Shown in pieces: positions 1 to 13,600 of a stretch of 64,000 nt of DNA. The stretch comes from Phoronis australis (lineage: Eukaryota > Animalia > Phoronida): assembly GCA_002633005.1 (NCBI GenBank), contig NMRA01000007.1, forward strand, positions 370,617-434,616. The letters run 5' to 3'. The translations under genes and the position numbers were made by a program. The first letter of the stretch is position 1; every line of letters starts with the position of its first letter. A model generated the notes under the pieces. The model had not been told where the DNA came from, did no database searches, and saw only the letters and a program-made list of their open reading frames with translations.

Positions 1-1879
1 GGGGGGCTATAGCCCCGCCCCCCCCCCGCCCGCCTAGCTCCTATCATTGCGCCGCCCATGCATGCGCCTACCGAGTTTAAAAAATGGGGTACTCGAATTT
101 TTGAGAAAGAATGTGGACCTCAATTACTAAAATTCACGGAGTATGTTCTTCATAGCTATATAATTGTGCATTCGCCCAATTTTGGTAGTTCAACAGGGCC
201 TGTCCATACGTGCCGGGACTTTTTGTGTCTGGTTTTCTACATGTTTGGAGTTTTTGTTAATTTCTCTGATCAGGTGTACCTTTTTGCCCACTTCATCAAA
301 TGTGAGGCTCATGCAGTCGTTCGAGCCCCGAGTCCGGCTCTCTGGGTGCACGCATGTCTCAGTGTTCATGTCTTAGTTCAGTTTTTATCGGAAGCTTTGA
401 TCCTCCGTCTCAGTGCGTTGTAATCCTGCATCCGATATAGTTAATTGTTCTATTCTATTCTCTCGTGATTGGAGGTCAGGGAGTCGCACTCATAACCAAA
501 AAGTCACAAGCTACCGACACTAGCCGGTACACAAGAACTCTGAGTTTAGCCAGCAAAATGAGATTCAATCACGCCAGGACAGAGCGCTGACTAATACATC
601 GCCCGTGGTCTATGGGCGGTATACCACAGGGGGGCTGGAGAGTGGGGGGCTATTACCCCCCACTTTTTCAGTGCTGCTCCGCCCGGCCATGCAATATATT
701 GACCGGTGAAAAATCCGGCTGGTTGGCTTCACCTTTGCCGCCGGAAGAACCGACAATTAACAATCGACAAGACTTCAGCGGCAATGAAACCGATTCCACC
801 TTTGATTCACGTCGGGTCTAAAACCCCAAGTTTTCCTTTCGATCACTCATGAAATGGTTTAACGTTATCACTCAAACTTTGTTATTTCAAGGCTCTTCTA
901 AACTTATTGAAACTTTATTTTGTTGTTTGCAATTGAGCTCTATGTCTGAAGTTGGCTTGTCAAGCCGGTACGGTGACTTACACTGGCGCGTCATTTTATG
1001 CGCCGAGCAATATCCAATTGCCATCTCTTTACAAAACCCGAAATCATCTCAGTGAGCGATGAGTAAGTCACTTCAATTTTATACCTCTGTAAAAGTGCTG
1101 ATTCCTCTGTCAAACGTTTGCTTCTTTGGACCCGATGTGACAAGACGGATTGATTAAGTCACTTTAACTAGCACGTACATCATCAACAGAAATTTCAAAT
1201 TAACATATTCCAAATCTTAAAGCTGCATTTCGCACGTGCTGCTTGGTTGAATAAAAAGTCAATCGAATTAAGCCGTTTGCTTTCATACGTAAGTCTCAAA
1301 ATATATTCAGAATGAAGTCTCAAACGTCTTCTCGTGTTACTAAGGCCTAAGTGATCGCTTTGATGTTCTTGTTAGTAACGGAATCCGCTTTAGAAAAGCT
1401 ATTATGAGAATCTGTTTTGTGAGAGTAAAAAGTATCATATTAAATAGAACGACAAAAAGGCCTACAGCTTTAATGAACATAGGGAATGTCCTAATGTGCG
1501 TTTTTGTATCGTCTTAGACTATTCCGGCAAATACTGCCCCACAGAATAACAATAATTTCAATAAAGGGTTTTGATTTAGACCACTGGCTCCTATTAAAGT
1601 GGTCTGGACTTCGGGCTTACTCGTATTAGCTGTGATTTTAGTTTTGCAAAGGACCAACAGTTCCCTATTCCTCGTGGCCGTGTCAAGTCAACCTTGCAGG
1701 GCCTGGTCTCACTAAAAAATCTATGCTTGCATTTCCAAGCCCAGAAATCGGTTCTATTTTGACGAAAAGAACAACCAATTTTAGAAGGCAAGGAGTCAGG
1801 GCATGATGGGTAGAATGTGTACCTGTCTGGTTCTCTTCGGGGTAGGTGATACACAGGTACAGGTATTCCCGCTGTCCTA

Positions 1880-2230
1880 AGCTAACATGCGCTGTCATCG
1901 TGGCAGCACATGGTTTTATTTCTAAGTTCCCTTCTCCTAGACTGGTTGCCTTCAATGGCTGACGAGTCCAGTCTGCCCAGGTGTTAATCTCCGAATTGTC
2001 CTTCCAGTAAGTGATAGGAACGATGTCTTTACAGGGTAAGGGTGTTGTTTTTACATCCAACCCCAGTGTGATCATAGGGAGTGCTTGGGGTATATTTCGT
2101 CTGATTTCTACCTTTCGATTTTAGTGCCGGGCACGAGCAGCCCTGTCAGGTGTTTTTAAACTCCCGTGGTAAAGCTCTAGAGGTCACGGAGATGCAACAA
2201 AGCACACACCCCTGGAACAGGGCAAAGAGT
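1880..2230 (-). mobile_element. Fragment resembling the 5'UTR of an RTE-clade LINE
   Basis: The minus strand carries CCTCTAGAGCT..GGGAGT..CCTG.CAGGG, GGGGTTGGATG..AACAAC.CCCTTACCCTGTAAA and GGCAACCAGTCTAGGAGAAGGGAACT, motifs I recall from RTE/Expander 5'UTRs; no EN/RT ORF follows. Confidence 0.45.
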
Positions 2231-2510
2231 CTTAATTCAAAACGTTTTTCTGACGGAACGCGGATTTATCAATGATAACCGATTAAAGTCATTCAAAAAT
2301 ATCAAATCAATTTGGTCATTTGCGGAAACCGATAGAAAATGACTTCCCCATAAAATTTAGTCATTACCATGGAGTTGGTAGAATACCAGTGTAACTTTTC
2401 AGCAATCCTTCAAATAAATAATAGCCATATCAAGCTACAAGGTGCCAGGACATGGAGTGAGTGAACAAACTGACAAATAGAAATAAGACTCTTTCAAAGA
2501 TGAAAATAAA

Positions 2511-2516
2511 TTTATT
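2511..2516 (-). promoter_or_regulatory. Candidate polyadenylation signal (AATAAA) of Rel, implying a ~2.1 kb 3'UTR
   Basis: TTTATT on + at 2511-2516, downstream of the Rel stop (4607) at the end of an AT-rich tract; no transcript evidence. Confidence 0.4.
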
Positions 2517-3325
2517 TTTCAAACAATAATTAGTATTTACAAATCCGAGACATGATTTTGAACAAACATTTACATAAAAGGTACCAACCACGTGAGTGAT
2601 CAAATCCTTCTACAGCTTTCAATCTAAACTTTTACACAATTGAAAAATTAAAATTTTTTGTCAATCTATAACCCTAAATAAATTCATTAAGGACATCACA
2701 TGCCTCAGGTTTTTTAAAAAAATGATAAAATTAGTTTGTACAATTTATACACTAAATATGTTAACTTTGTACAACTTTATTTACATCTACAGCAAATCTT
2801 TGTATAGTTTTTCTCTCTTATTTTTCTCCTCTTTTTTAATTCCTACTTTTTTGGAAATCTTCCTATTAACACTGTTGCTGTCGTTTCTGAAATGCAGTTG
2901 TAAAGTCATAAACATGCACTGACATCACGGAAAGCTCGGTGACACGTAACCTGGTTTATCATTGGTGTTTCATTGGGAAAGTTTCATTTTCAACAAGACG
3001 GCAAGGAGCAGGTTGAGAATCTTTCAGACAGATTTGCTAATCTAGCTATTAACTGGACACATTTTGAGTTTCACTTTAACTTCACTTACTTTGCACGGCA
3101 GTGACTTCATTGACCATGCAACAAAAACATGTCACAGTAGACATGCGTTATTCATTGTGGTGTACATATATGACACATGTTCTCTCCATCATACTGTTTA
3201 GGTGCCACCGAGCTATCTATGATGTCACCAGATGTTTACGTGTCAACAAACGGCCCAAAACACACTAAAAATGACAACACCATTAATGGAGGATATGCAG
3301 TAGAAGAAATCCTCCAAATTAGTCT

Positions 3326-3390
3326 AGCTGTACACAATATATACACACAGCATAATCCAGCAGTACACAATATATACACACAGCATAACA
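3326..3390. repeat. 33-bp direct tandem duplication
   Basis: gtacacaatatatacacacagcataa occurs twice. Confidence 0.8.
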
Positions 3391-3714
3391 AGCAAACACT
3401 CCAATAAAAATTTATACCAAGACAGTGCCATTGGCAGTGACACTAGACAGTAACAAGTAATTGGTGAACATCACGGAAATGTCTTATTTGGCACACCTTG
3501 ATTTCCTTTGTAGCACATTTCTACACGATACACCATTTTACACGCAGCACAAAATAGCATAACGCATAGATTTGCTAACAGACATGTATAAAACTGAATA
3601 GAAAACTTTCTTGAAAGCATGTGGCTGAGAACTTTCCAACCAGATGATGAAAGAATAAAATTCATTACACACGACCATAGCAAACACTAAACATACGACA
3701 CTTGAAGTTACGTA

Positions 3715-4272
3715 GGGTCGTAGAAAAATGTCAGAAGTTGGCTAATTTTGAAATTTCATATCTCAGAAACGACTGATTAGATTGATATGAAACTTTCAGA
3801 CACCACGCTTCATGCACTGTGCTTCAAAATATGTTGCAACTTGCTTTTAAAATATTGTTTTTAAAATATTGTTTTTAAAATATTCCACTTGTGCACCAGG
3901 GACTATAAAACGTTGGACTTCTATGATTTTTACAAAACAATTCAAAATTCGAAAATAAAATAATTTAGAAAACTGCAACAGCATTTTTGCAACAGCATTT
4001 TTGAGAATTATCTTGCACAGATTTATATCAGACAAAGTTTACCCACGTCCTTGGTACCATTATTCTCCTATGAAAGTGACTTTCTCCTTCATTAAATTTA
4101 GTGAAAACACATGGTGACCTGATCCACTTAATGGCAGATTGGTAGAAACACAAAAATTTTACAGGATTTCAACATTCACAATTTATATTTTTCCCGAGTT
4201 AAAAATCTATAGTTTTGTAGATATTTGGCTAAACAAACAGACTTTTTGATCAGGTCCTACACCTACACGACC
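3715..4272. mobile_element. Dispersed DNA-transposon-like repeat in the putative Rel 3'UTR; a relative lies at ~63020-63360
   Basis: Shares ATCTCAGAAAyGACTGAT..GATTGATATG.AACTTTCA and TTAATGGCAGATTGGTA blocks with the 63.0-63.4 kb region. Confidence 0.45.
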
Positions 4273-4606
4273 TCAGGAGTTGTGAAAGCATGCAAGTTAG
4301 TTTCGTTGACCCCACCTGAAATTCTGATGTTTAAGATGTTTCGCATCATCGGACAAAATGCAGTTGCATTCGGACATTTTGGAATGATAGACCTTGCATG
4401 AAACCATTGTCCCATCTCACAACACAGTGGTCAGTTGACGGCATGATAATCGTAAAGAATACGTAAAAATGATGTAAAACCACAACCAAAGTCCCATGTA
4501 AATGTGCTGACTGTTGTCCACCAATTACTATATCACCATTCATCCAAACTGTTTTAATATATTACAAAGATGTAGCAAAATGGACATAATGTCAAAGGCA
4601 CCAGTT

Positions 4607-7600
4607 TTATCCATTGATGTTTCTCAGCTGTCTGTGCAAGACGGCAAGGTCCTCGGGCATATTATCAGTAGACATCACATCTTCATTGGCTCCCACACCA
4701 TAGAGGTCGCCACTGTTGAACATTGCATCAACTTCCTGATTGCCACCAGATGGCATGTCATTCAGGAAACCAGTCATGTGAGGCAGGTTAGGGTCATCGC
4801 CAGTCAACAAGTACTGAAAGAAAAAACAGTGTAAGTTTAATGTTCACATGAGTTGCAGACAAATCACAGTATACAATACCTCAAAAGTAGGAAATTGTAA
4901 AAACATGCTTACCTGGTGCTTCTAATGAACACAATAAAAAATCTTTCAAAGTTGTCACATTGCAGTTAAAAGCAGAGTTGCTATGCATCCACTGACTGAA
5001 CAAGTAATGTACCGTACATCACTCAACAGAAAAGAATGACTGAAGTTCGACACCCTCTGTTAGTATATTAGACACAGGCAAGCTACAGGGAACAAAAAAC
5101 ATCATCTTCTCCATAAGATAAGTTTTTCAATCAACCAGTTCCTTTCAAGATGTGCTGCCATCTAAAGGCCTGTGCCTCAACTAGTAAACATTAGGGTAGA
5201 GTCTACTAGCTACAAGAGCATCTCAACAAATTTTTGGGATTCGTAATTGGTTAATGATCTATTTTGACACCATTTACTGAAGGTTGTCGTGCATTCGATA
5301 AAGCAAGAACACTTAAACATATATGACAATACATTCCAATAAAAACACGAGATATTTATCATGAGCAATCTGACTCATCTGAGGGCACTAGAGCAACTGA
5401 AGTTCTCGTACGGTTTTCATGAGAAAGCTAACAAATTTACTAGACAGGCACTAGCTAAATGTCTGCCACCGATACTGACTGGGTGGCTAACAATTGCCAC
5501 TTCATGATATAACAAAGCACCCTCTCTGATTACGAAGTATTTACCCACAATCCTGGTCATCAGTAGGGCAGTTGTCTCACTGCTGCAGTACTAATAATCA
5601 CAACCTGACGATTGATCTGATGCTTGTCGTTAAAATCCCAATAATGTTATGTTACTTCTCCACAGTGCTTTCGTAAAAAAAATAAAAAGAAGAGAGGGGA
5701 GGCATCAATCATTCTTTACTTGTCTGACTTGGCTCAGAAGTGTGCTAGCAGAATTTGAAAACTAGGTCAACCATACTACCGCAATGCTTTTCCATTGAGC
5801 GAGCAAGCAACAAGCAAGCCAAGCATCACTGAATGCACTGTTGGGTTGTTTCTAAGCAAGACAATGGTATGTTCATCACTCTTACCTGCTGCTGAGAGAA
5901 CTGATCCCCCTGGGGCACTTCCACTGTGTATTGATAGACATTCTGCTGGTCATATTCCCAGGAAATTGGTTCCGTTGGAACTGGAGAAAAAAATACACTT
6001 AGCATCTAAAATCCACAATCCAGAAATGTGTATTTACTAGATTAACAGGAGTGAGTTCAAGTGACTGCTTAAGATCACTAAGTGGCATTAATGACCATAT
6101 GAACCAGTCACAAAAGACAATACCCATCAACAGGTCAAAACATAACCAGAGATAAATTCCAAAATGACAGGAAATTGATAAAAGTAATCAATATCGTACT
6201 TACAGTACATGTCCATGTATTATTGTGTTGCTATAAATCAGTATGTTAGTTGAAAGTCCTGTGTTCAAATCCTGGTCGGGACAGAGAGCTTTTCCGACTT
6301 AACTATAGGTCACATAATTTGCAGACCAACATATGGTGTGTATGAAGATTAATAATTCTTACTTTTACATGTGTGAACGATTGATTTAAATCAAAACACA
6401 AAATTAAGGCAAAGAATGCTGAGATTGTGGTAACTTTGATTTTAATTAGCAGACACTTCATTTACGTGGCTATAGAAGATGCTCGTTAAGTGTAAATACG
6501 AAAAATCACCAACTACGTGACACGATTTCGCTCTTCTAAAAAATGTAAAGCCACGTTTATAACAATAGGGTTACGACCTTTTTAGCTAAAACTCGACTTT
6601 CCACCTTTCATAAAATGGGCCCCTAGTGTGGATTACGCAAGTCCAAATCTTAGTTTGACGAAAGCCATGGGATATCACTGAGAATTAAAAGTGAACCTCC
6701 TCGTCATTCGCAAGTATAGTCCAACTGTGTTACAATGTGCCGGGTTTGTAACATTAGCTCAGACACTTTTAATACTCCTTTCTACAAATGCCAAATCAAC
6801 CATGCAGTACAAAAGTTGATTTAACAACAACAAACATCTGTTACAACGGAAGTTTTAGAAAAGTCCCAGGTGGTTCATTATAACACACTTGTACTGAATC
6901 TCGTATTACCGAACGTGTCCTGACTGGTCACAGCAGCAGTTCACAATGTATTTCTCCCAAGACTCAGTGCCTCAGGATTATGCAAAGAGTTTGGACGTAC
7001 ATACCTGGCTCTTGTTTTACCACATGTTCTTGCTGAGACTTCTTCCTCAAGTGATCTCTGATCTGGGCCTTGGCGTTCGCAGGAGGAGCTAGAACCATAA
7101 AGAAAATCAGCCATGACTTCACTAACAGCCATCAGTCAGTACAGCAGTGAATGTGAGAAAATATAACATATTTTCATAATCATGAAGTGTGATTTCTCAA
7201 GGCTTAGATTTTTGGCCTGAATCGTACTTAACAATTTGTTTATAGCATGTTATGAACAATATGCAAGCTAAGACGAGCAGTTACTGCAGTGATGCTCTTT
7301 GCACTATGCAGTTTGTAGTTGCCCACATAACACAATGAAAGTAGCCAAATACAATATCTGAAAATTTCATATCAATCCCATTAACCACTTAGCCAAGTTT
7401 GAAAAATTTTCTAGGGTCCTTCATAACCACAAGGACAAATAGGCCTTAAGAGCTAGCAACACACCGCTGGGGAACAGAAACAAAGACTGCTAACAGAGTC
7501 ACAATAAATGGAATACATGCGCCACTAAATTTTTATTACTAACCATTGGTGCTATTAATAAATTCCTTCTTTATGTCTTCATTAACACATTTTCTCTTCC

Positions 7601-10600
7601 TCTTTCTTTCGGTCGGTTCTAAAATGAATAATACGAAAAAACATTATTGAAACATTGCTACATGCTCGACCTGTTCGTTACGACAGTTACAAAAAACATG
7701 GAACATGCAAGGTTTGGACGTGAGTGACAAAATTCGCACTAAAAACACATTTCCTATCCAAAGAACCAATATCAACGCTTGACCTCTCGCACACAAATTA
7801 TGGTAATGTTTGTTTCCTCTCATGAGCGACCGCAAAATACATGCACAACATATCATATGGTATATTCTACACAAGAACTAGATGACCCAAACTGAACAGA
7901 GATGAAGGTCTGCAACTCCGGTTTGAAAATGACGCCATCTTACGTCCAGGTCAACCCTGACGTGGGAAAACAAGTCAGATGACTAGACTCTCGAAGTATG
8001 GGTGGAAAAATCTGACAGTCTAACAACATGCTTTCTTATAAGTAAAATTGCCTTGTGCGTCATCATCATCATAAACCAACGACAAAGCTATTCCTGTGCA
8101 ATATTCTCACAATATGACAAATGAAACATTTTTCCAGTTGCAAAGACCAAAATATTTTTGCAATGAAGTTTGAGTTTCCCGAGAACGAGAAAATGAATCA
8201 AAATTACCTAACCCTTTCTTAGAGCAGTGATAAGATTAGTATAAGCATGAAATATTTTTCTATGAATGGCCGCACCTCTACAAAACGAGTCTCCAAATTC
8301 TCCTCACCAAGATGGGGCTTTATGTCCATTAACAAGCGGAACATCCAGTATGCTTAAAGTGGCTACAAACTCGCATTCCATCAAAATAGTGAAATTTTGA
8401 TTAGAACATTTTTGCTAAATATTGGGATTTTCGTTCCTTACTCAGATGGGAAGTGATTCTGTGTTTGCAAAGAACTGTCATTTCATTATTCCTTGAGACC
8501 ATGCTCGGCACATAAAATGTCACACTGTGATAATCTAACTTGTAGAGCCAGGTATCAAGCACTAACACACTGACCATTCCTGCAAAGTTCTGAAATCACT
8601 TCGAGTTTCAACAATTTGAGACCGATTTCATAATTGTAAGTGGTCTAAATCAAAACTTTGTGATTGAATTAACAGTGAAAAAGGCATTTCAGCAAATCGC
8701 AAGGCTGGACAGACCTTCCAAAATTCAACACGGTCATCTCTTGATTCCAACTGAATGTTGAAGAAATGGTATCACGTCAAGGAAATCGTTAGGTCCAGTT
8801 TTGACAGGATGAACTTGCAATTTCATGATTTCACATTTTGATGGAGCGCAACATTAACATAAGTTTTAACTTGTTAGTGCTTTTTCTATGGCTATGTATA
8901 TAATTATATACTTATATTACACCTACCCATGTCTGCAGGGATATATGTGAACATTCTAGATTCACTGGTAACCCCATCTGATTGTCTCCTTAATTCCATC
9001 AGCACTTGAACAGGTTCAGTAATACCCGTGCTCTTGTATGGCGGTGTAGTAAAAACAATGGCCACCTGGTATCATAAAAATAACAGACAAATCACTCAAA
9101 CTGTATTAAAACTGAATCAACAGGCATTCCATCACTCTTCAGTAAGAATATGACAAGTACAGCAAACCAACTTTCATGTGCCCAAACAAAAAGACAACTG
9201 TATTTCAATTTTTTTTCAACCGGCAAGTTTTTTTAAAGTACAATTTGCACTTTAGATTTGTGGCAGTGACGTTATTTTTGAAGAGAAATCTTAGACAGTT
9301 TATCTGTGAGGATCAGTAAAAGCTATATTTTTCCACTGTAGCATTTTAATACAATAAAAAACAGAGTGATTCATATCTTCATATGGTCTTAACAATACAC
9401 ACAACAAACTTTTCTTTCCTACTTTCTTAAAATGAAAATCGTTTCAAAAACTCTGACACCTAAAGGTATTCTCATTTGACATCTATCTATGTAACATGCC
9501 CATTGTTACTCAATAATTTTGTGAAACAGTTTAAATTTTAAATTGTGCATTTCCCAATCATTCCAACAAATTCAAGTACAGGCCAGGCATTTTAAATGAT
9601 TCCAAGCTATCTACATGAAGAGGGTAGTTGCCATTTAATTGGACTTCATTGGCGGGTTGCATGAAACAGTCCCAAATAGGGACTCTGACAACTAAGTTCC
9701 TTAAATCTACAGTGTATTTGTGGGCTTGTGAAAACAATGACTGTCCTTTCTTATGCAGCTTGAGTCTCATAACTAAGTCAATTTTTGGCCTTGATGCAAA
9801 TCAAGAGTGGTAAATGAATTCTCAATATTATTGAAAATAAGTAGGGCTTTTTCATACAACGCCCCTAATTTAAAAGCTATGTCCCTAATTATTATGACTC
9901 AATTAAGGGCTCAGTTTTTAGTTGTATTTTAGAAAATGTCAATAGTCAAAGAGCAGCTCCTTATAAAGATAAAATGAATCAGATAATATATATAACATCT
10001 TTGAGTTAAAAACAAAGCAAATATGCAAAAGATTTAGGAAACTTAGTCAAGTCCCTATTTGGGACTGTTTTAAGCAACCCCTTACATAAATCTCTTTCCC
10101 AAAACATTAATAAAAAGCATGTAAAAATTTAAATAATACTTGATGCAAGGAAATAAGGAAGGCATTCTCGTAAACAAAGAATCGCTGAGGTTGTTGGTCA
10201 GCAATCTGCAGCAGCGAACAGATCTTACTTGTTTATGGACATCAGCTGAGCCAAACTTGCCAAAGGCCTCCCAGCTAACGCCATCTGCATCCTCTTGAAA
10301 GAAGTGAACTTGAATGTCGTCTGAAACAACCAGCGAACACAACGTAATCACGTTGCTGTTGTCAATCTTGATGAAACATTAGGCATTGCTACGACCTCAA
10401 GTTCACTTATCATTGCTGTTAGCTAAAGGTTTACACAACACTAGAAAATGTGTGACCTTTAAAAAAAGGGAGACTAGCATCAGCAGAAGACGAACAGGGG
10501 ATTGAGGCATATTTTTCTGATTACAAGAACTGAGCACACAAGGAAGTGCTATAAAAAAGTCATGCACTGGATTTTTGCGCCCAGCACAATAAAATTCCAG

Positions 10601-13600
10601 CAAAAATACAAAAATACATTCATTGAACTTAGTCCTTTGTAGCAAACCTTAGATAAAGGTTGTGTAGAGCTTTATCGGCAAGTCTATGATTTAGACAAAT
10701 ATCTTCAAAACCACATAATTATTTCAACTATGTAAATGCATATGTATTCTGAAAGTTGTAAGTCCACAGAACTTAATTTTTTTAATTTATGACAATCTGC
10801 TACAAACTAAGTTATGTGATCATGTGTTGTTAGTAAAATTTAGCAAAAAAAGAAAGGCACATTCATAGGAAAACTACGGTATCAGTGAAATTGGTAAATT
10901 TCATACCATATAAATGTTCAAGATGAAATCTTAAAAATGCTGTAGCATTTCAAATTATCATTTTGTTTTTGTTTTATATGAATCATAATTTTTTAATAAA
11001 AAATTATTAAGTCACATTTTTATAGCCCATGAAGCAAAAATGGAACATTTGAAAAACAATTCCAAACAGCATTTTGGAAAAGAAGAGTGCATAAAGCACA
11101 TCATACCACAATATTAGCCTCGAATGGCAGATACAACCATGTAGTAACCCATAAAGTTATCTCACTAGTGAGATAACATTTTGGCGGGAAACCGAGGCCG
11201 GATTCGAACCCCGGCCTCAAGAGTTTCGAGTCGCCCACTTTACCACTACACTACTCAGCAGCTGATGTCATCGAACGTGAAAATAGAATACTTAAATGAG
11301 CACGCGCAACAATCGCATGTTCAGCAAAGGGCACTGCACCGTCATTTATACACTATGAAAAATAAGACGCATAATTTCCATAAAAACGATATTTTAATTC
11401 AGTTAAATTTTTCTCTCGTGTTCTCTCACTTGTAAATCACCGATCTCCAATTTGAATGCGGGTATCGTGTCATCGAGATCCTTTGACTTGAGCATTATAC
11501 TCAGTTACTAGTGGTAACCTACTTTAGCAGACGATATTTTCCCGGTCGAAGCTTAGCGTGATAAAATGTGTAGTAAGCCATAATAGTTGCTAAACCTTAA
11601 TTTATAGATTCACTTTATTTCTTTTTTGTTTAAATTTTCAATTGGTTTTGAGTATAAGCATTGTTTGACAAAAATAGCTCGGCTTTTCTTAAAAGGTCAT
11701 GACCTCCGACACCAGGTCTCTGACATATAAAGTAGTTACAAAGCCGAGGCGAGTCGAGAAATGTAGATCAATTCATTGCAATGTTTCTCGTTCAGTATGT
11801 GGTATAAATAGATTATTACATGTTCTCAGTCGTTATCCCCCTTATCTAAAGCCCTCATGGATTTTGGAGAATTATCACCCTCGGGGCGAACGCCCCTCGG
11901 GTGATAATTTTCCAAAATCGGCTCTAGATAACGGCGGATAACGACTTTGCCATGTAATAATCTACATGTATCTGAAAGTTTCATAAGAATCTGACAATCG
12001 TCCGTCTTTGAGATATCATGTTCTGAATTTAGCCAAGTTTAGACATTTCACTAGGGTAGTACATAACCTTAACAGTGCTGGCATAAAAACTGACCTTTGA
12101 AGTGTTCATAATAAGCACATTACCAGTGCACATGTCTATTGTCTGCAAGCACACACAATGGGCCTCACCTTTGTTCACTTTGTCAGTGAATAAAAACACC
12201 TCGTCACCACCGGTGGCAGATCCAGATGAAAGGCTGCAGCGGCATATGTTCAACTCATTGATGGCTTCTAGAAGAGGCACAAGTAATCATAGATTATAAT
12301 AAATGAATCAACAAAAAACTACAATTCAGACTATAGTGTGATGATTTTCAAGTAATTACCAATGAAGAGATATGATTCATTACATAGTTTGTTTCAAGAT
12401 TTTTGGGCTACCAAAACTATTAATGAAACAACCCTTGACAACTACTATAGCTTGTTTAAAAGTGTTTGCTGGAAAGTCCAAACAAGAAAATGTTCATTAT
12501 AAAAGCTACTACTTTTGCCATGTTGAAAAAAAATTGGCACTGGAGTGAGATCATCTTAGACGTCTGCTTCTTCATGGATCCTAGGAGTCATAAAATCTGA
12601 TAGCAGTTTTTGCAACACAACAAATTGCTACCATCAATCAGAGCATGCAGGAAGGACATAGGAACTCACTTTTGTCGTAGATTGGCTTAGATACAACAGG
12701 AGAAAGTATCCTTGTGAACTTTCCTTTGTCATCCGGTAAGAACGCTTGAAAGCACAGCCGCACCACTGTCAAGTCAATATGACCCTTCTTGTGTGAAAAC
12801 CCCGCTACAAGAAGCAGTACATAAATCGTAACACACAAGACAACGGAATAGGAATGACTAAATGCACTGCATAAGATCATGTTAATTCATACATAGTGCA
12901 GATGTTGACTACCACATAAAAATGATCAAACATCATCAGTTTTGGACGCAGAACGGCAAACAGTTGAATATTTTCCAACACATTCTGTTCAATACAGTCA
13001 TCACCGGACAACATTTTGTAAAATGGTGAGCATTTGCTGCAGTGAAGCAAGGTTTGAAAAGTAGGAAAATGCATTTTAGCAACAATTCGTGTCCAAGTTG
13101 AAGATTTTTTTACTATAGGTCATGATCAAAATGTCAAACATGTTACAGAATCCACAATGTAATGCACACTTTGCAAGGGATCCACTCAGATCTGTTCTCT
13201 ATAGGTCATGATCAAAATGTCAAAACATGTTACAGACTCCACAATGTAATGCATACTTTGGAAGGGATCCACTCGGATCTGTTCTCTTTTGTCAAGAGCT
13301 GCTTCCAGATCTTTCTTCTTTGAACACTGAATACCAATCCCTGGGAACCTAACAAGAAAGTTTTATATTACAACACAGCTGAACTGCATGCACACATTCA
13401 AATAACAGCAAAGAAACTGTTAACCAGAAACACGACAGATTAGTAAATTTCTGATAAAGGATCAATGAATTACCCCAATTGTACAGATGCAATTCAACCC
13501 CAATCTCCACAATATATCTGTATAAACAGTTAAAGACAAAATACATTTTTCCGCCATGCCTGCTAATCCTGATAACAGCAAAATAGCTGGTAAAACTACT

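Noticed and set aside
1660-1720. TTCCTCG HDV-ribozyme-like L3 loop
   Set aside because: No matching P1 helix or P1.1 GG could be found.
58-2075. 121-aa and 130-aa ORFs at the start of the window
   Set aside because: They overlap repeat-derived sequence (a GC-rich MITE end and the RTE-like UTR) and show no protein-family motifs.
6941-7132. Track [13 protein letters not shown]... as a Rel exon
   Set aside because: Wrong frame; the real exon 7005-7088 reads [28 protein letters not shown] in phase with its neighbours.
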